Shown here piece by piece: positions 1 to 11,644 of a stretch of DNA of 64,000 nt. Below the pieces are notes generated by a model. That model did not search any database and was not told the DNA's origin. It worked only from the letters and a program-made list of their open reading frames with translations. The stretch is from an uncultured Actinomycetes bacterium (GTDB lineage: Bacteria > Actinomycetota > UBA4738 > JACQTL01), in the NCBI GenBank assembly GCA_963707645.1, contig CAVPQW010000009.1, positions 371,771 through 435,770 on the forward strand, given 5' to 3'. The position numbers and the translations under genes were made by a program. Each line of letters begins with the position of its first letter. Position 1 is the stretch's first letter.

Positions 1-360
1 GCAGCCTGGACCCCCATCGTGCGAATCATATGGCGGAGCGCCAGAGCCGTCCTGTTCGTCAGAGACCCGGTCCCCGGCTCGGCCCCCGCAAGCCCAGGAC
101 CAGTGCGATCCCCCGGATGTCCCATCCGATCCCGAACCGCGAACGGATGCGGCCGGACAGGTACCGCCGAGAGGGGGGGTGGCCTACGATCCGGACGATG
201 GACCCTGACCCCTGGCTGCGTCAGCCCCGCGAATCCCACATGAACTCGGCGTGGTAGGTCGTCTCCCATCCCCAGCTGATCAGCGACCCTCCACATGCCG
301 GTCGAACATGCATGTTCCGTCGCGACGGACCGTTGATCGTCGACAGCAGATGTGGCTGGT

Positions 361-1128
361 TCAGGCGATCAGCAGGCGAGCGCCGAGCTCTGCTGCGTCG
401 AGATCGAGGAGGTCGCGGTTGCGCTCGGCCCACCGGCCGGAGGCGAGGTCATCACGGAGGGTGCGTACGGCCCGCCACTCGACGTCCGGTCCGACACTCG
501 CCCACACCGAGACTCCGCGGCGGACCCTCTCGTCCAAGTACGCCTCGGGTCGGCGCCAGTAGGCCTCGTAGAAGCCGTCGGCGCAGTCCCACGGGATGAG
601 CACGGGTTCCATCCGGGCTCCGATCCCGCGAGCCAGCTCGGTCAGCGACGCCAGGACTCTGCAGGCTCTCGAGGCAGCGAACTCGGGCAGGTAGTCGCGA
701 GTCAGCCAGAACCGATCAGGGTCACTGGTGTCGAACGTGAACACGACCACCCGGCGGGCGACGCGCCGCATCTCGCGCAGGCCGGCGATCGGGTCCTGCC
801 AGTGATGAACGGTGGAGAACGCCATCGCGGCGTCGAAGGACTCGTCGGCGAAGGGCAGGTTCTCGGCAGTTCCAGCCACGCACGGCGCCGCGTCCGGGAG
901 GCGCTGCGAACGCATGAGCGCCGACGGTTCCACCGCGAGGACGTGGCGGTCGGAGGGCTCATAGGACCCGGTGCCCGCCCCAACGTTCAGTACCGTCTGC
1001 GCGTCGCCGAGCGCGGTCCGGACCCGCGCAGCGATGCGCGGTTCCGTGCGCCGGGTCACGGTGTAGGTGGCTCCGATGGTGTCGTACAGCTGGGCGCCGT
1101 ACATGGCCTCACGGAACGCGTCGTCCAC
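361..1128 (-). CDS. Class I SAM-dependent methyltransferase (type 11-like)
   Basis: A 255-aa ORF carries the glycine-rich SAM-binding motif VLNVGAGTGSY and a methyltransferase-like fold downstream. Confidence 0.75.
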   Translation of the reverse strand: MDDAFREAMYGAQLYDTIGATYTVTRRTEPRIAARVRTALGDAQTVLNVGAGTGSYEPSDRHVLAVEPSALMRSQRLPDAAPCVAGTAENLPFADESFDAAMAFSTVHHWQDPIAGLREMRRVARRVVVFTFDTSDPDRFWLTRDYLPEFAASRACRVLASLTELARGIGARMEPVLIPWDCADGFYEAYWRRPEAYLDERVRRGVSVWASVGPDVEWRAVRTLRDDLASGRWAERNRDLLDLDAAELGARLLIA

Positions 1129-1199
1129 GTCGCGGACGGTATGCGGGGGCCGTCGGCGGAGTCAACGCGGGCGCACGCATGGGTCGCGTGCGTCGCCGG

Positions 1200-2700
1200 C
1201 CGTCCCGCTGGACAACTCCAACCGCACCCGCTGCTAGACATCCCACGGTTGTAAGTGTCAAGCGGCCGGGTTGACGACGACCGCCCACGCCACCTCCTCC
1301 GAGTAGAGCGCTCGATGCCGTAGACATCCGTGCAGGATCCCCACCCACCGGTTGGCGAGCGAGCGGAGCGCCCGGCGGTGGCTGTGGCCCCTTGCTCGCA
1401 AGGCGTCGTAGTACCGGCGGGCCCCCGGTGAGCAGCTGATCGAGCAGAACGCCCACATGTCCAGGGCGTCGGCGAGCCGGCGGTTCCGGGCGAAACGGGC
1501 GAGCGCCACCTTCGAGCGCCCGGACGCCTTGGTGATGGGAGAGGACCCGGCGTAGTTCTTGCGGGACTTAGGATCGGCGTAGCGGGTCGGGTCGTCCCCG
1601 AACTCCGCGAGGACCCGGGCGCCGAGGACCAGGCCGAGTCCGGCAAGACTGCGCAGGATCTCGGCGTCCGGGTGTACCTCAAAACGTGCTTCGAGCTCCG
1701 AGGACAACGTCTCGATCTGGACGGTCATCTCAGCCACAACTCGGACCGTCGAGCGGACGAGCGCCCCGTAGGCCTCAGAGAGGACCACCGGCGCCTCGAG
1801 CTGGGTGCTCCGAAGCGCGGCCTTGACCTCCTCGGCCCGTTCGCTCACCCGGCGGGTGCGCCCTCCCCGCCTCAGGGCCGCCCCGATCCGGGAGGCGCTC
1901 ATGGAACGTCCCGCGGCAGGCGTGGGCGCCGCTTCGAGCACGGCCAAGGCATCTGAGGAGGCCAGGTCGGTCCCGAAGGCGACGAGCGCCGCCGGGTAGA
2001 ACTCCCGCAGGGCGCTCCGGAGCCGGTTCACTTCGCGCTGTCGGGACCAGATCAGGCTCTGGTGGGCCCGGGCCAGGACCTTCACCGCCTCAGCCAGGTC
2101 GGAGTCCCCGGCCACCTGGCGGTGCAGGTGGCGGTCCGTCCGCACCAGGTCTGCCAGGACCCTCGCGTCGCCGGGGTCGGACTTGGCCCCCGAGGTCCGG
2201 TGTCGGTCCCGGTACCGGTCGACCGACAGGGGGTTCACCGCGTGCACGGCGTAGCCGGCGGCAACGAGCGCCCCGACCAGCAGGCCCCGGTCGAGCTCGA
2301 TGCCGATGACCACGTCCGCGGCCTCCTCGGCGTGCGCGGCGAGCATCTCGTGCAGACGGGCCAACCCTTCGACCCCCTCCGGCACACGTCCCTTGGTGAG
2401 CACCCGGCCCTCGACGTCCAGCACGCACACGTCGTGGTGGGTCTCCGACCAGTCGATCCCGACGAAGATCACCGTTCCTCCTTCCCCGCTCGACGACGAC
2501 CTCGAGCCTGGAGGAGTACGCGGCGCCCTAATGGATCAGTGCTCAGAAGGCACGACATCCCACCAGCCGTCGGCTCCCCGCCACCCGGCGGGGGCACGAT
2601 CTAGCAATAGGGCTCTTCAGGCCCTGGAGGACTTGGTGCTCACCCGCCGGTGGCTCGGACAGCAGTCTGTGCGACGAACTGCTCCGAAGCCATTAGGATG
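1200..2700 (-). mobile_element. IS110-family insertion sequence (approximate boundaries)
   Basis: It carries one DEDD-type transposase ORF flanked by ~100-230 bp of non-coding sequence. It sits between a divergent methyltransferase gene and a lipoprotein gene. No terminal inverted repeats are visible, which is typical of IS110. Confidence 0.7.
1258..2472 (-). CDS. IS110-family transposase (DEDD N-terminal domain plus Transposase_20 C-terminal domain)
   Basis: The 404-aa ORF starts MIFVGIDWSETHHDVCVLD, matching the DEDD RuvC-like motif. Its C-terminal region has the conserved IS110 helix-hairpin-helix segment. Confidence 0.85.
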   Translation of the reverse strand: MIFVGIDWSETHHDVCVLDVEGRVLTKGRVPEGVEGLARLHEMLAAHAEEAADVVIGIELDRGLLVGALVAAGYAVHAVNPLSVDRYRDRHRTSGAKSDPGDARVLADLVRTDRHLHRQVAGDSDLAEAVKVLARAHQSLIWSRQREVNRLRSALREFYPAALVAFGTDLASSDALAVLEAAPTPAAGRSMSASRIGAALRRGGRTRRVSERAEEVKAALRSTQLEAPVVLSEAYGALVRSTVRVVAEMTVQIETLSSELEARFEVHPDAEILRSLAGLGLVLGARVLAEFGDDPTRYADPKSRKNYAGSSPITKASGRSKVALARFARNRRLADALDMWAFCSISCSPGARRYYDALRARGHSHRRALRSLANRWVGILHGCLRHRALYSEEVAWAVVVNPAA

Positions 2701-2707
2701 ACGCGCC

Positions 2708-4372
2708 GTGTCGAAGAGGGTCCCGTCGGTCGCGCTCGTCCTCGTTCTCGGACTGCTGGTTGCGGCCTGCGCTTCCAGCCCGCCCACTGCGCAGCAGGTG
2801 AAGACCTCGTTCGTCCCGCAGACGGTCGACTTCCTCGACGACGTCGGCCGGGGGGCATCGATCGCCCTCGACGCCGACGGCAACCCGCACATCGCCTACA
2901 TCGGGCTGATCGCCGCCCTCAAAGAAGGGGACATCCCGCCGGCGCACGCCGCCTCGGCCCCCGCACTGCCCGCCGTGCTGACCGCCTCCCAGAAGGAAGG
3001 GATCTTCAGCCACGGGTACGTGATCCAGACGGACATCACTTCGTCCGAGGCCACGGTGGTCCCGCTCACCAGCGCCAGCACGACGGGCATCGCTGTCGGC
3101 GCCAAGGGCTCCGAGAACGTGGTCTGGAACCAGAGCGACGGGGTGTACTTCGCGACCGCGCCCAACGACCTGGCGCCGTTCGGGGAGCCCCAGCAGGTGA
3201 CCAAGGAGGCCGGGCTGTCACCCGTCGTCGCGGTCGACGCGAACGACGTCCCGTGGGTGGCGTGGGTCCAGCCGGACGCGGCCACCGCCGGCGCCATCAG
3301 CCTGCAGGCCGCGACCCTCGACGGGGACAAGTGGACCGCCGAGCAGGTGGCCGACCTCGGCGCGTGCGACCCGGCGCCCTGCCCGCCCATCACGCTCGGC
3401 ATCGCCGAGGTCGACGGCTCCCCGGTCGTCGCCTACACCGACAGCGGCGGGAACGTCTCGCTCGCCAAGCGGGGCGGAACCTCCTGGACGACCGAGCGGG
3501 TTGCCTCCGGTGAGGGCGCACTCGGCGCGTCGCTGGCGGTGGCGAAGGACGGCACGATGCACGTGTCGTTCGCAACCACCGACGGCAAGGTCCGCCACGC
3601 GGCCGGTTCCGGCGGGAGCTGGACCGTCTCGGACGTCGGCAGCTACTCGCCGCCTGAGACGACGCCGACCGTGTCGCCGAGCCCCGCCGCCGCCCCGAAC
3701 GAAGCCCCCACCGCGGCCTCGGACGAGGCGCCCGTGCTCCTGCCCGGCACCTCGGTCGGGGTGGATCAGGACAAGGGCAACACACTGTTCGTCGCGTGGA
3801 CCGACCCCACCGGGCGGGCCGTCCGGCTCGCGCAGAGCACCGACGGCACGTCGTTCGACGAGGTCGACACGCCCGGCACGGAGGAGGGCGAGATGCCCGC
3901 GCTGGCCGTGCGGGCCGACGGGGAGGCCGAGCTGGCCTGGTACGACGCCCAGGCCGAGGACCTCCTGCTGGGCGGGTACCCGGAGAAGCTCGGCGGGGTG
4001 GCAGTCCCCGCGCCCAGCACCCCTTACACCCCGCCGCAGGGCGGTACGAGCGCCGGGTGCGCGAAGGACACGGTCGAGTTCGTCGCCCCGCCGGGCGCGG
4101 GTGGATCGGGGTTCTCGCCGGACACGGTGGAGGCGCCCAGCGGAGACTTCACGGCGTGTTTCGACAACCAGGACCCGGGCCAGACGCACAATGTGGAGAT
4201 CTTCCAGTCTGAGGCGGATGCTCAGGGCGGGGCGGCGCCGCTCGCCGGCGATGACACCTTCGCTGGGCCGAAGACTGACACCTTCGAGGTCAAGGGCTTG
4301 GCCGCGGGCGACTACTTCTTCCACTGCATCGTCCACGCCGCCACGATGACGGGGACGCTGACCGTCAAGTAG
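2708..4372 (+). CDS. Secreted lipoprotein with beta-propeller-like repeats and a C-terminal cupredoxin (blue-copper) domain
   Basis: The N-terminus has a lipobox, LLVAAC. The body has repeated blade-like segments (DGNPHIAYI, DVPWVAWV, GSPVVAYTD, GTMHVSFATTDG). The C-terminus has the type-1 copper ligand pattern FFHCIVHAATMTG (Cys...His...Met). Confidence 0.6.
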   Translation: MSKRVPSVALVLVLGLLVAACASSPPTAQQVKTSFVPQTVDFLDDVGRGASIALDADGNPHIAYIGLIAALKEGDIPPAHAASAPALPAVLTASQKEGIFSHGYVIQTDITSSEATVVPLTSASTTGIAVGAKGSENVVWNQSDGVYFATAPNDLAPFGEPQQVTKEAGLSPVVAVDANDVPWVAWVQPDAATAGAISLQAATLDGDKWTAEQVADLGACDPAPCPPITLGIAEVDGSPVVAYTDSGGNVSLAKRGGTSWTTERVASGEGALGASLAVAKDGTMHVSFATTDGKVRHAAGSGGSWTVSDVGSYSPPETTPTVSPSPAAAPNEAPTAASDEAPVLLPGTSVGVDQDKGNTLFVAWTDPTGRAVRLAQSTDGTSFDEVDTPGTEEGEMPALAVRADGEAELAWYDAQAEDLLLGGYPEKLGGVAVPAPSTPYTPPQGGTSAGCAKDTVEFVAPPGAGGSGFSPDTVEAPSGDFTACFDNQDPGQTHNVEIFQSEADAQGGAAPLAGDDTFAGPKTDTFEVKGLAAGDYFFHCIVHAATMTGTLTVK

Positions 4373-4430
4373 CGCCGAATCGCGACGCGGCCTTCCCGGT
4401 CGCGGTGGACCCCGCACCTACAATCGAAGG

Positions 4431-6335
4431 GTGAGCGTTCCACGCCCTCTCCCCTCGAGCATCCCCGACGAGCCCGGCGCGTACCTGTTCCGTGACCGTG
4501 ACGGGCGCACGGTCTACGTCGGCAAGGCCAAGTCGCTCCGGAACCGCGTGACGAGCTACTGGTCGAAGCAGCTGCACCCGCGGACCGAGGCCATGATGGC
4601 CGCCGCGGAGCAGGTCGAGTGGATCGTCGCGGCGACCGACGTCGACGCGCTCATGCTCGAGTACAACCTCATCAAGTCCCACCGCCCCCGGTACAACGTG
4701 CGGTACCGGGACGACAAGTCCTACCCCTACCTCGCGTTGACGGTCTCGGAGAAGTGGCCCCGCGCCCGCGTGATGCGCGGCTCCCGCCAGAAGGGAACCC
4801 GCTACTTCGGCCCGTTCGGGCACGCGTACGCCATCCGGGAGACGCTCGACGCGCTCACGCGGGTGTTCCCGGTCCGAACCTGCAGCAACGCGTTCTTCGA
4901 TCAGCGGGCCCGGGCCCGGCGGCCGTGCCTGTACTACGACATCGGGCGGTGCAGCGGGCCGTGCGTTCCCGAGGCGACCGGCGTCACCGAGGAGGAGTAC
5001 CGTCTGCAGGTCGAGGCCCTCGGCGACTTCCTGTCCGGGAAGTACGGGCCGGTGCTCAGCAGGCTCGAGGGGGACATGCAGACGGCGGCCGAGCGGCTCG
5101 AGTACGAGCGGGCCGCCAAGCTCCGCGACCAGCTCGCCGCCGCCCGCAAGGCGATGGAACACCAGGAGATGGTGCTGACCCGCGAGGAGGACCTCGACGC
5201 GATCGGCGTGGCCGAGGACGACCTCGAGGCGGCGTTCCAGGCCTTCTGGATCCGCCGGGGCCGCGTGATGGGACGCAAGGGCTGGGTGGTCGACCGTGTC
5301 GAGGAGCTCGACACCGGCCAGCTGGTCTCGTCGTTCATCGAGCAGCTCTACATGGAACGGGAGGAGGTCCCGCCGCGGATCCTCGTCCCGGTGATGCCGG
5401 ACGACGCCGACGTGCTGGAGGAATGGCTGTCGCAGCGGCGGGGCTCCCGGGTCCGGCTGGCCGTGGCCGAGCGCGGCGCAAAGCGGCGCCTGGCCGAGAC
5501 CGTGCGGCAGAACGCCCGCGAGGTGTTCCAGCGGCACAAGCTGAAGCGGGCCAGCGACTTCGGCGCGCGGTCGCGGGCGCTGACCGAGCTGGCCGACGCC
5601 CTCGGACTGGAACAGGCCCCGCTGCGGATCGAGTGCTACGACATCTCGAACCTCGGCCCGACGGACAAGGTCGGCTCGATGGTGGTGTTCGAGGACGGCC
5701 TTCCGAAGCGGAGCGACTACCGACGGTTCGAGATCAAGGACGTGCAGGGCCAGGACGACTTCGCCTCCATGGAGGAGATGCTTCGGCGGCGCTTCGCCCG
5801 CCTGCTCGAGGCCCAGGAGGCCGAACGGAACCGCGGCCCGGCCGCCGACGACGGCTCGCAGCGGAGGTACCGGCGGTTCGCCTATCCGCCGGCACTCATC
5901 GTTGTGGACGGGGGTCGCGGCCAGCTGGGCGTGGCCGAGAAGGTGCTCGCGGACCACGGGCTCGACATCCCGGCCGTCGGCCTGGCCAAGCGGCTCGAGG
6001 AGGTCTACATGCCCGGCCAGCCCGACCCGCTGATGATCCCCCGGTCGTCCGAGGCGCTGTTCGTCCTGCAGCACCTCCGGGACGAGGCGCACCGGTTCGC
6101 GATCACGTACCACCGGACCAAGCGCCAGAAGCGGGCGCTGGCGTCGCCGCTCGACGAGATCCCCGGCATCGGCCCGGCCCGCAAGAAAGCGCTGCTCCGG
6201 CGGTTCGGCTCGCTGCTCCGGCTCCGACAGGCGCCGGAGGGCGAGATCGCGCAGACGCCGGGCATCGGCCCCGACATGGCGAAGGCGATCGTGGAACACC
6301 TCCAGGCCCCGGCGGGCGCACGGGAGTCGGCATGA
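4431..6335 (+). CDS. uvrC: Excinuclease ABC subunit C
   Basis: The 634-aa ORF has an N-terminal GIY-YIG motif (GAYLFRDRDGRTVYVGKAKSLRNR), a UvrC-typical Cys cluster, and a C-terminal helix-hairpin-helix. A GTG start is called. Confidence 0.95.
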   Translation: MSVPRPLPSSIPDEPGAYLFRDRDGRTVYVGKAKSLRNRVTSYWSKQLHPRTEAMMAAAEQVEWIVAATDVDALMLEYNLIKSHRPRYNVRYRDDKSYPYLALTVSEKWPRARVMRGSRQKGTRYFGPFGHAYAIRETLDALTRVFPVRTCSNAFFDQRARARRPCLYYDIGRCSGPCVPEATGVTEEEYRLQVEALGDFLSGKYGPVLSRLEGDMQTAAERLEYERAAKLRDQLAAARKAMEHQEMVLTREEDLDAIGVAEDDLEAAFQAFWIRRGRVMGRKGWVVDRVEELDTGQLVSSFIEQLYMEREEVPPRILVPVMPDDADVLEEWLSQRRGSRVRLAVAERGAKRRLAETVRQNAREVFQRHKLKRASDFGARSRALTELADALGLEQAPLRIECYDISNLGPTDKVGSMVVFEDGLPKRSDYRRFEIKDVQGQDDFASMEEMLRRRFARLLEAQEAERNRGPAADDGSQRRYRRFAYPPALIVVDGGRGQLGVAEKVLADHGLDIPAVGLAKRLEEVYMPGQPDPLMIPRSSEALFVLQHLRDEAHRFAITYHRTKRQKRALASPLDEIPGIGPARKKALLRRFGSLLRLRQAPEGEIAQTPGIGPDMAKAIVEHLQAPAGARESA

Positions 6336-7264
6336 GCCAGACGACGAAGCCGGGGAGGCACCGCCGCGCCGAGGCGTCCGATGACGGACCGGGGCCGGCG
6401 ACCGGGCCCGACTTCACGATCATCACGGGGCTGTCGGGCGCCGGCCGGTCCGAGGCCGCGCGGTGTCTCGAGGATCTCGGGTACTTCGTGGTCGACAACC
6501 TGCCGCCGGGCCTGATCGGCAAGATGGCCGAGCTCGCCGCGTCGTCGGGCGGGCCGCAGCGGGTGGCGATCGTTGCGGACGTCCGCAGCGGGGTGTTCTT
6601 CCGGGACCTGGCGGACGGGTTCGCGGAGCTGAAGCGACTGGAGATCCCGTACCGGATCCTGTATCTGGAGGCGGAGGACGACGACCTCGTCAACCGGTTC
6701 GAGGGAACGAAGCGCCGCCACCCGCTCGCCGCCGCCGGCAGGGTCGTCGAGGGCATCCGCAAGGAGCGCCTGATGATGGAGTCGCTCCGGGGGGAGGCCG
6801 ACCTGGTCATCGACACGTCCGGCCTGTCGCCGCACGACCTCCGGGACAAGGTCCGCGACGCGTTCGCGCCGTCGAAGGCCCAGCAGGCCATGCAGGTCAG
6901 CGTGGTGTCGTTCGGCTATAAGTACGGGGTCCCGCGCGATGCCGACATCGTGCTCGATGTCCGGTTCCTGCCGAACCCCCACTGGGTGGCCAGGCTCCGG
7001 CCGCTCCCCGGCACCGACGCCCGCGTGCGCCGCTACGTCACGCAACAGGAGGCCTACGGGGAGTTCATGAAGCGGCTGATCGACCTGCTCGACTTCGTCG
7101 TCCCCGGCTACGTGGCCGAGGGGAAGTCCTACCTGACGATCGCCGTCGGATGCACCGGCGGCCGCCACCGTTCGGTGGTGGTGTCGGAAGCGCTGGGCTC
7201 GTACTTCCGGGATCAGGGTCTCCCGGTGGCGGTCGGGCATCGCGACCTGGGGAGGACCGGGTGA
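6332..7264 (+). CDS. rapZ: RNase adapter protein RapZ (YvcJ-family P-loop NTPase)
   Basis: The ATG overlaps the uvrC stop as ATGA. It has a Walker A motif, ITGLSGAGRS, and a conserved C-terminal CTGGRHRSV motif. It is the 3' part of the long frame-merged ORF 4619..7264. Confidence 0.9.
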   Translation: MSQTTKPGRHRRAEASDDGPGPATGPDFTIITGLSGAGRSEAARCLEDLGYFVVDNLPPGLIGKMAELAASSGGPQRVAIVADVRSGVFFRDLADGFAELKRLEIPYRILYLEAEDDDLVNRFEGTKRRHPLAAAGRVVEGIRKERLMMESLRGEADLVIDTSGLSPHDLRDKVRDAFAPSKAQQAMQVSVVSFGYKYGVPRDADIVLDVRFLPNPHWVARLRPLPGTDARVRRYVTQQEAYGEFMKRLIDLLDFVVPGYVAEGKSYLTIAVGCTGGRHRSVVVSEALGSYFRDQGLPVAVGHRDLGRTG

Positions 7265-7309
7265 TGCGTGGCCCGCGACCCGGCGCGAACGGAGCGGGCG
7301 TCGGTGGCA

Positions 7310-7392
7310 TGCGATCCGGGGCGCACGAGGTGGGCATTGGTCGCGCCCGACCCGGGGCGCACGAGGTGGGCATTGGTCGCGCCCGACCCGGC
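7310..7392. repeat. Intergenic tandem repeat, ~2.3 copies of a 36-bp unit (cccgacccggggcgcacgaggtgggcattggtcgcg)
   Basis: Direct reading of the sequence between rapZ and the downstream gene shows two perfect units and a partial third. Confidence 0.8.
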
Positions 7393-7413
7393 TCCGGGTG
7401 GAGGATGCGCTAG

Positions 7414-8439
7414 ATGCAGCTGCGGAACCGTCCCCCCGGTTCCCGCATGAGCCCGTTCGGGCGGTGGCGCGCGCGCCGCAGGATCCGCCGGGACATGAAG
7501 CCCGAGCGCGCCCCGCGCCGGGCGTTCCGGCGGCCCGGACGGTTGGCGTTTACCCGGTGGCGGCAGCGGCGGGAGCTGCGGGCGGAACGCCGGAGCTTCC
7601 GGCGGTCCGCCCCCGGTGGGGTCGCCGCCTGGCGCGCGCGCCGCGCCGCGCGCGCCAACGCCGAGGCCCCGGCCATGGTCCGTCCGGGCTGGCGCGTTCG
7701 GCGGCGGGCCCGGAGCGAGGCCCGCAGCGTGGCCCGTGAGCGCAAGCCGCAGCGCCTGTCGTTCTCGCAGCGGGTGACGGCGCGGCGCGCCGCGGCGGCA
7801 GCCGCGGCGCTCCCGAAGCCGGCCCGGCCCTCCATGGGCGAGCGCATCGCGGCCCGCCGCGATGCGCCCGCCACCCCCAAGCCCCCGCTGTTCCGGAGCG
7901 CCCGCGAGCGGTGGCTCGGCATCGCGGCCGTGCTCCTCATGATCGGGCTCGTCGGCGGGTTCGCCGTGATGGTGGGGCGGGGCCGGACCGTCGTGTCGGT
8001 CCAGGTCGTGCCGCGCCCGACCCTGTCCGTCCCCGACGACGGCGGGGTGTTCTTCGGGACGCCGCTCGCGGTCGGGCCCTCCAACATCGTGCGCTCCAAC
8101 CCGGCGCCGTCCCCGTCACCGTCGCCGTCGCCGAGTCCGTCACCGAGTCCGAGCCCGGCGCCGCCGCCGACCACGGCGCCGCCCGTCGTCCAGCCCAGCC
8201 CGCCGGCGCCGACCACCCAGCCGCCGCCCAGCCCGTCGCCGAAGCCGTCGTCGCCGAAGCCGTCGCCGAAGCCGAGCCCGAAGGCCTCGCCGACGCCTCC
8301 GCCGTCCCCGAAGCCGAGCCCGAGCCTGAGCCCCCCGCCCAGCCCAAGCCTGAGCCCGCCGCCGTCGCCGACCGTCAGCCCGCCGGGGCCGTCGCCGCAG
8401 GGCGACGGCAGGACCTCCGGCCCCCTCGTCGAGCCCTGA
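7414..8439 (+). CDS. Hypothetical membrane protein with an Arg-rich N-terminus, one TM helix and a Pro/Ser-rich (SPSP, PKPSP) C-terminal tail
   Basis: The 341-aa ORF has a predicted TM helix, WLGIAAVLLMIGLVGGFAVMV. A low-complexity proline-rich tail follows. No recognisable enzymatic domain is present. Confidence 0.45.
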   Translation: MQLRNRPPGSRMSPFGRWRARRRIRRDMKPERAPRRAFRRPGRLAFTRWRQRRELRAERRSFRRSAPGGVAAWRARRAARANAEAPAMVRPGWRVRRRARSEARSVARERKPQRLSFSQRVTARRAAAAAAALPKPARPSMGERIAARRDAPATPKPPLFRSARERWLGIAAVLLMIGLVGGFAVMVGRGRTVVSVQVVPRPTLSVPDDGGVFFGTPLAVGPSNIVRSNPAPSPSPSPSPSPSPSPSPAPPPTTAPPVVQPSPPAPTTQPPPSPSPKPSSPKPSPKPSPKASPTPPPSPKPSPSLSPPPSPSLSPPPSPTVSPPGPSPQGDGRTSGPLVEP

Positions 8440-8513
8440 GGCCCGGCCCGGCCCGGCCGGCCCGGCCCGCCGGGGCCGAATGGGCCATTCGACCAGTCGC
8501 CCCGCACGAGTAG

Positions 8514-10774
<2,261 letters not shown>

Positions 10775-11545
10775 GTGGCGGACCGCAAGCCGATCGTCGC
10801 GGCGAACTGGAAGATGCACAAGACGCATCTCGAGGCCATCCAGACGGTCCAGAAGCTCGGGTATCTCGTCTCCGCGGAGGACGCCGAGGCCGTGGAGGTC
10901 GTCGTGTGCCCGACGTTCACCGCCCTGCGTTCCGTGCAGACCCTGATCGAGTCGGACCGGCTGCCGTTCGCGCTCGGCGCGCAGAACGTGCACTGGGAGG
11001 AGAAGGGGGCGTTCACCGGCGAGATCGCTGCGCCGATGCTCGCCGCGCTGAAGTGCTCGTACGTGATCGTGGGCCACTCCGAGCGGCGGCAGCTGTTCGG
11101 CGAGACCGACGAGACCGTGGCGAAGAAGGTCAAGGCGGTGTTCGCGAACGGGATGACGCCGATCGCGTGCGTGGGGGAGACGCTCGAGGAACGCGAGTCC
11201 GGCCGGACCGACGAGCGCGTCGAGTCGCAGGTCAAGGCGGGGCTCGCGGGCCTCACGCCGGAGCAGGCCCGAACGCTGGTGGTGGCGTACGAGCCCATCT
11301 GGGCAATCGGAACCGGGAAGAACGCCGAACCGGCCGACGCCGGCCAGGTGGTCGGCGTGATCCGGTCGGTGCTGGGTGGCATGTACGGCGACGACGTGGC
11401 CCAGGCCGTCCGCGTCCAGTACGGGGGCAGCGTCAAGGCCGGGAACATGCGCGGCTTCATGGCGCACCCCGAGGTCGACGGCGCCCTCGTCGGCGGCGCG
11501 AGCCTCGACGCCGAGGAGTTCGCCCTGATCGCCAAGTACAGGTAG
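10775..11545 (+). CDS. tpiA: Triose-phosphate isomerase
   Basis: The 256-aa ORF has the motifs AANWKMHKT, VIVGHSERR and AYEPIWAIGTG. Confidence 0.95.
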   Translation: MADRKPIVAANWKMHKTHLEAIQTVQKLGYLVSAEDAEAVEVVVCPTFTALRSVQTLIESDRLPFALGAQNVHWEEKGAFTGEIAAPMLAALKCSYVIVGHSERRQLFGETDETVAKKVKAVFANGMTPIACVGETLEERESGRTDERVESQVKAGLAGLTPEQARTLVVAYEPIWAIGTGKNAEPADAGQVVGVIRSVLGGMYGDDVAQAVRVQYGGSVKAGNMRGFMAHPEVDGALVGGASLDAEEFALIAKYR

Positions 11546-11644
11546 CAGCGGCCCGCCGAGGACTCCGGAAGCCGGAACCAGCCCGGCGGAACGGCCGCCC
11601 GCTCTCGACTTGAACCCGCCGCGCGCCGATGCTTCCATCGAGCC

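Noticed and set aside
1-360. Short ORFs at the 5' edge of the window (19-243, 30-257, 221-433)
   Set aside because: Composition is Arg/Pro-rich and non-protein-like, with no recognisable motifs. This is probably intergenic sequence or the unreadable edge of a neighbouring gene.
4365-6299. Long Arg/Gly-rich ORFs antisense to real genes (e.g. 4365-6299 on the minus strand opposite uvrC; 29925-31334; 8550-10178; 15072-17093)
   Set aside because: High-GC genomes produce long stop-free antisense frames. Their composition is Arg/Gly/Pro-rich and unlike real proteins. Each overlaps a well-supported gene on the other strand.
4619-7264. An 881-aa ORF (4619-7264) that looks like one large gene
   Set aside because: It is an out-of-frame read-through of uvrC fused to rapZ. 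Only the 3' 933 bp, from the ATG at 6332, is coding for RapZ.
7310-8400. CRISPR array candidates (36-bp tandem repeat at 7310-7392; SPSP/GGP coding repeats at ~8100-8400 and 54300-54400; TTGP repeat at 11760-11890)
   Set aside because: All are contiguous tandem repeats without unique spacers. Three of them are in-frame coding low-complexity regions. No cas genes are present.
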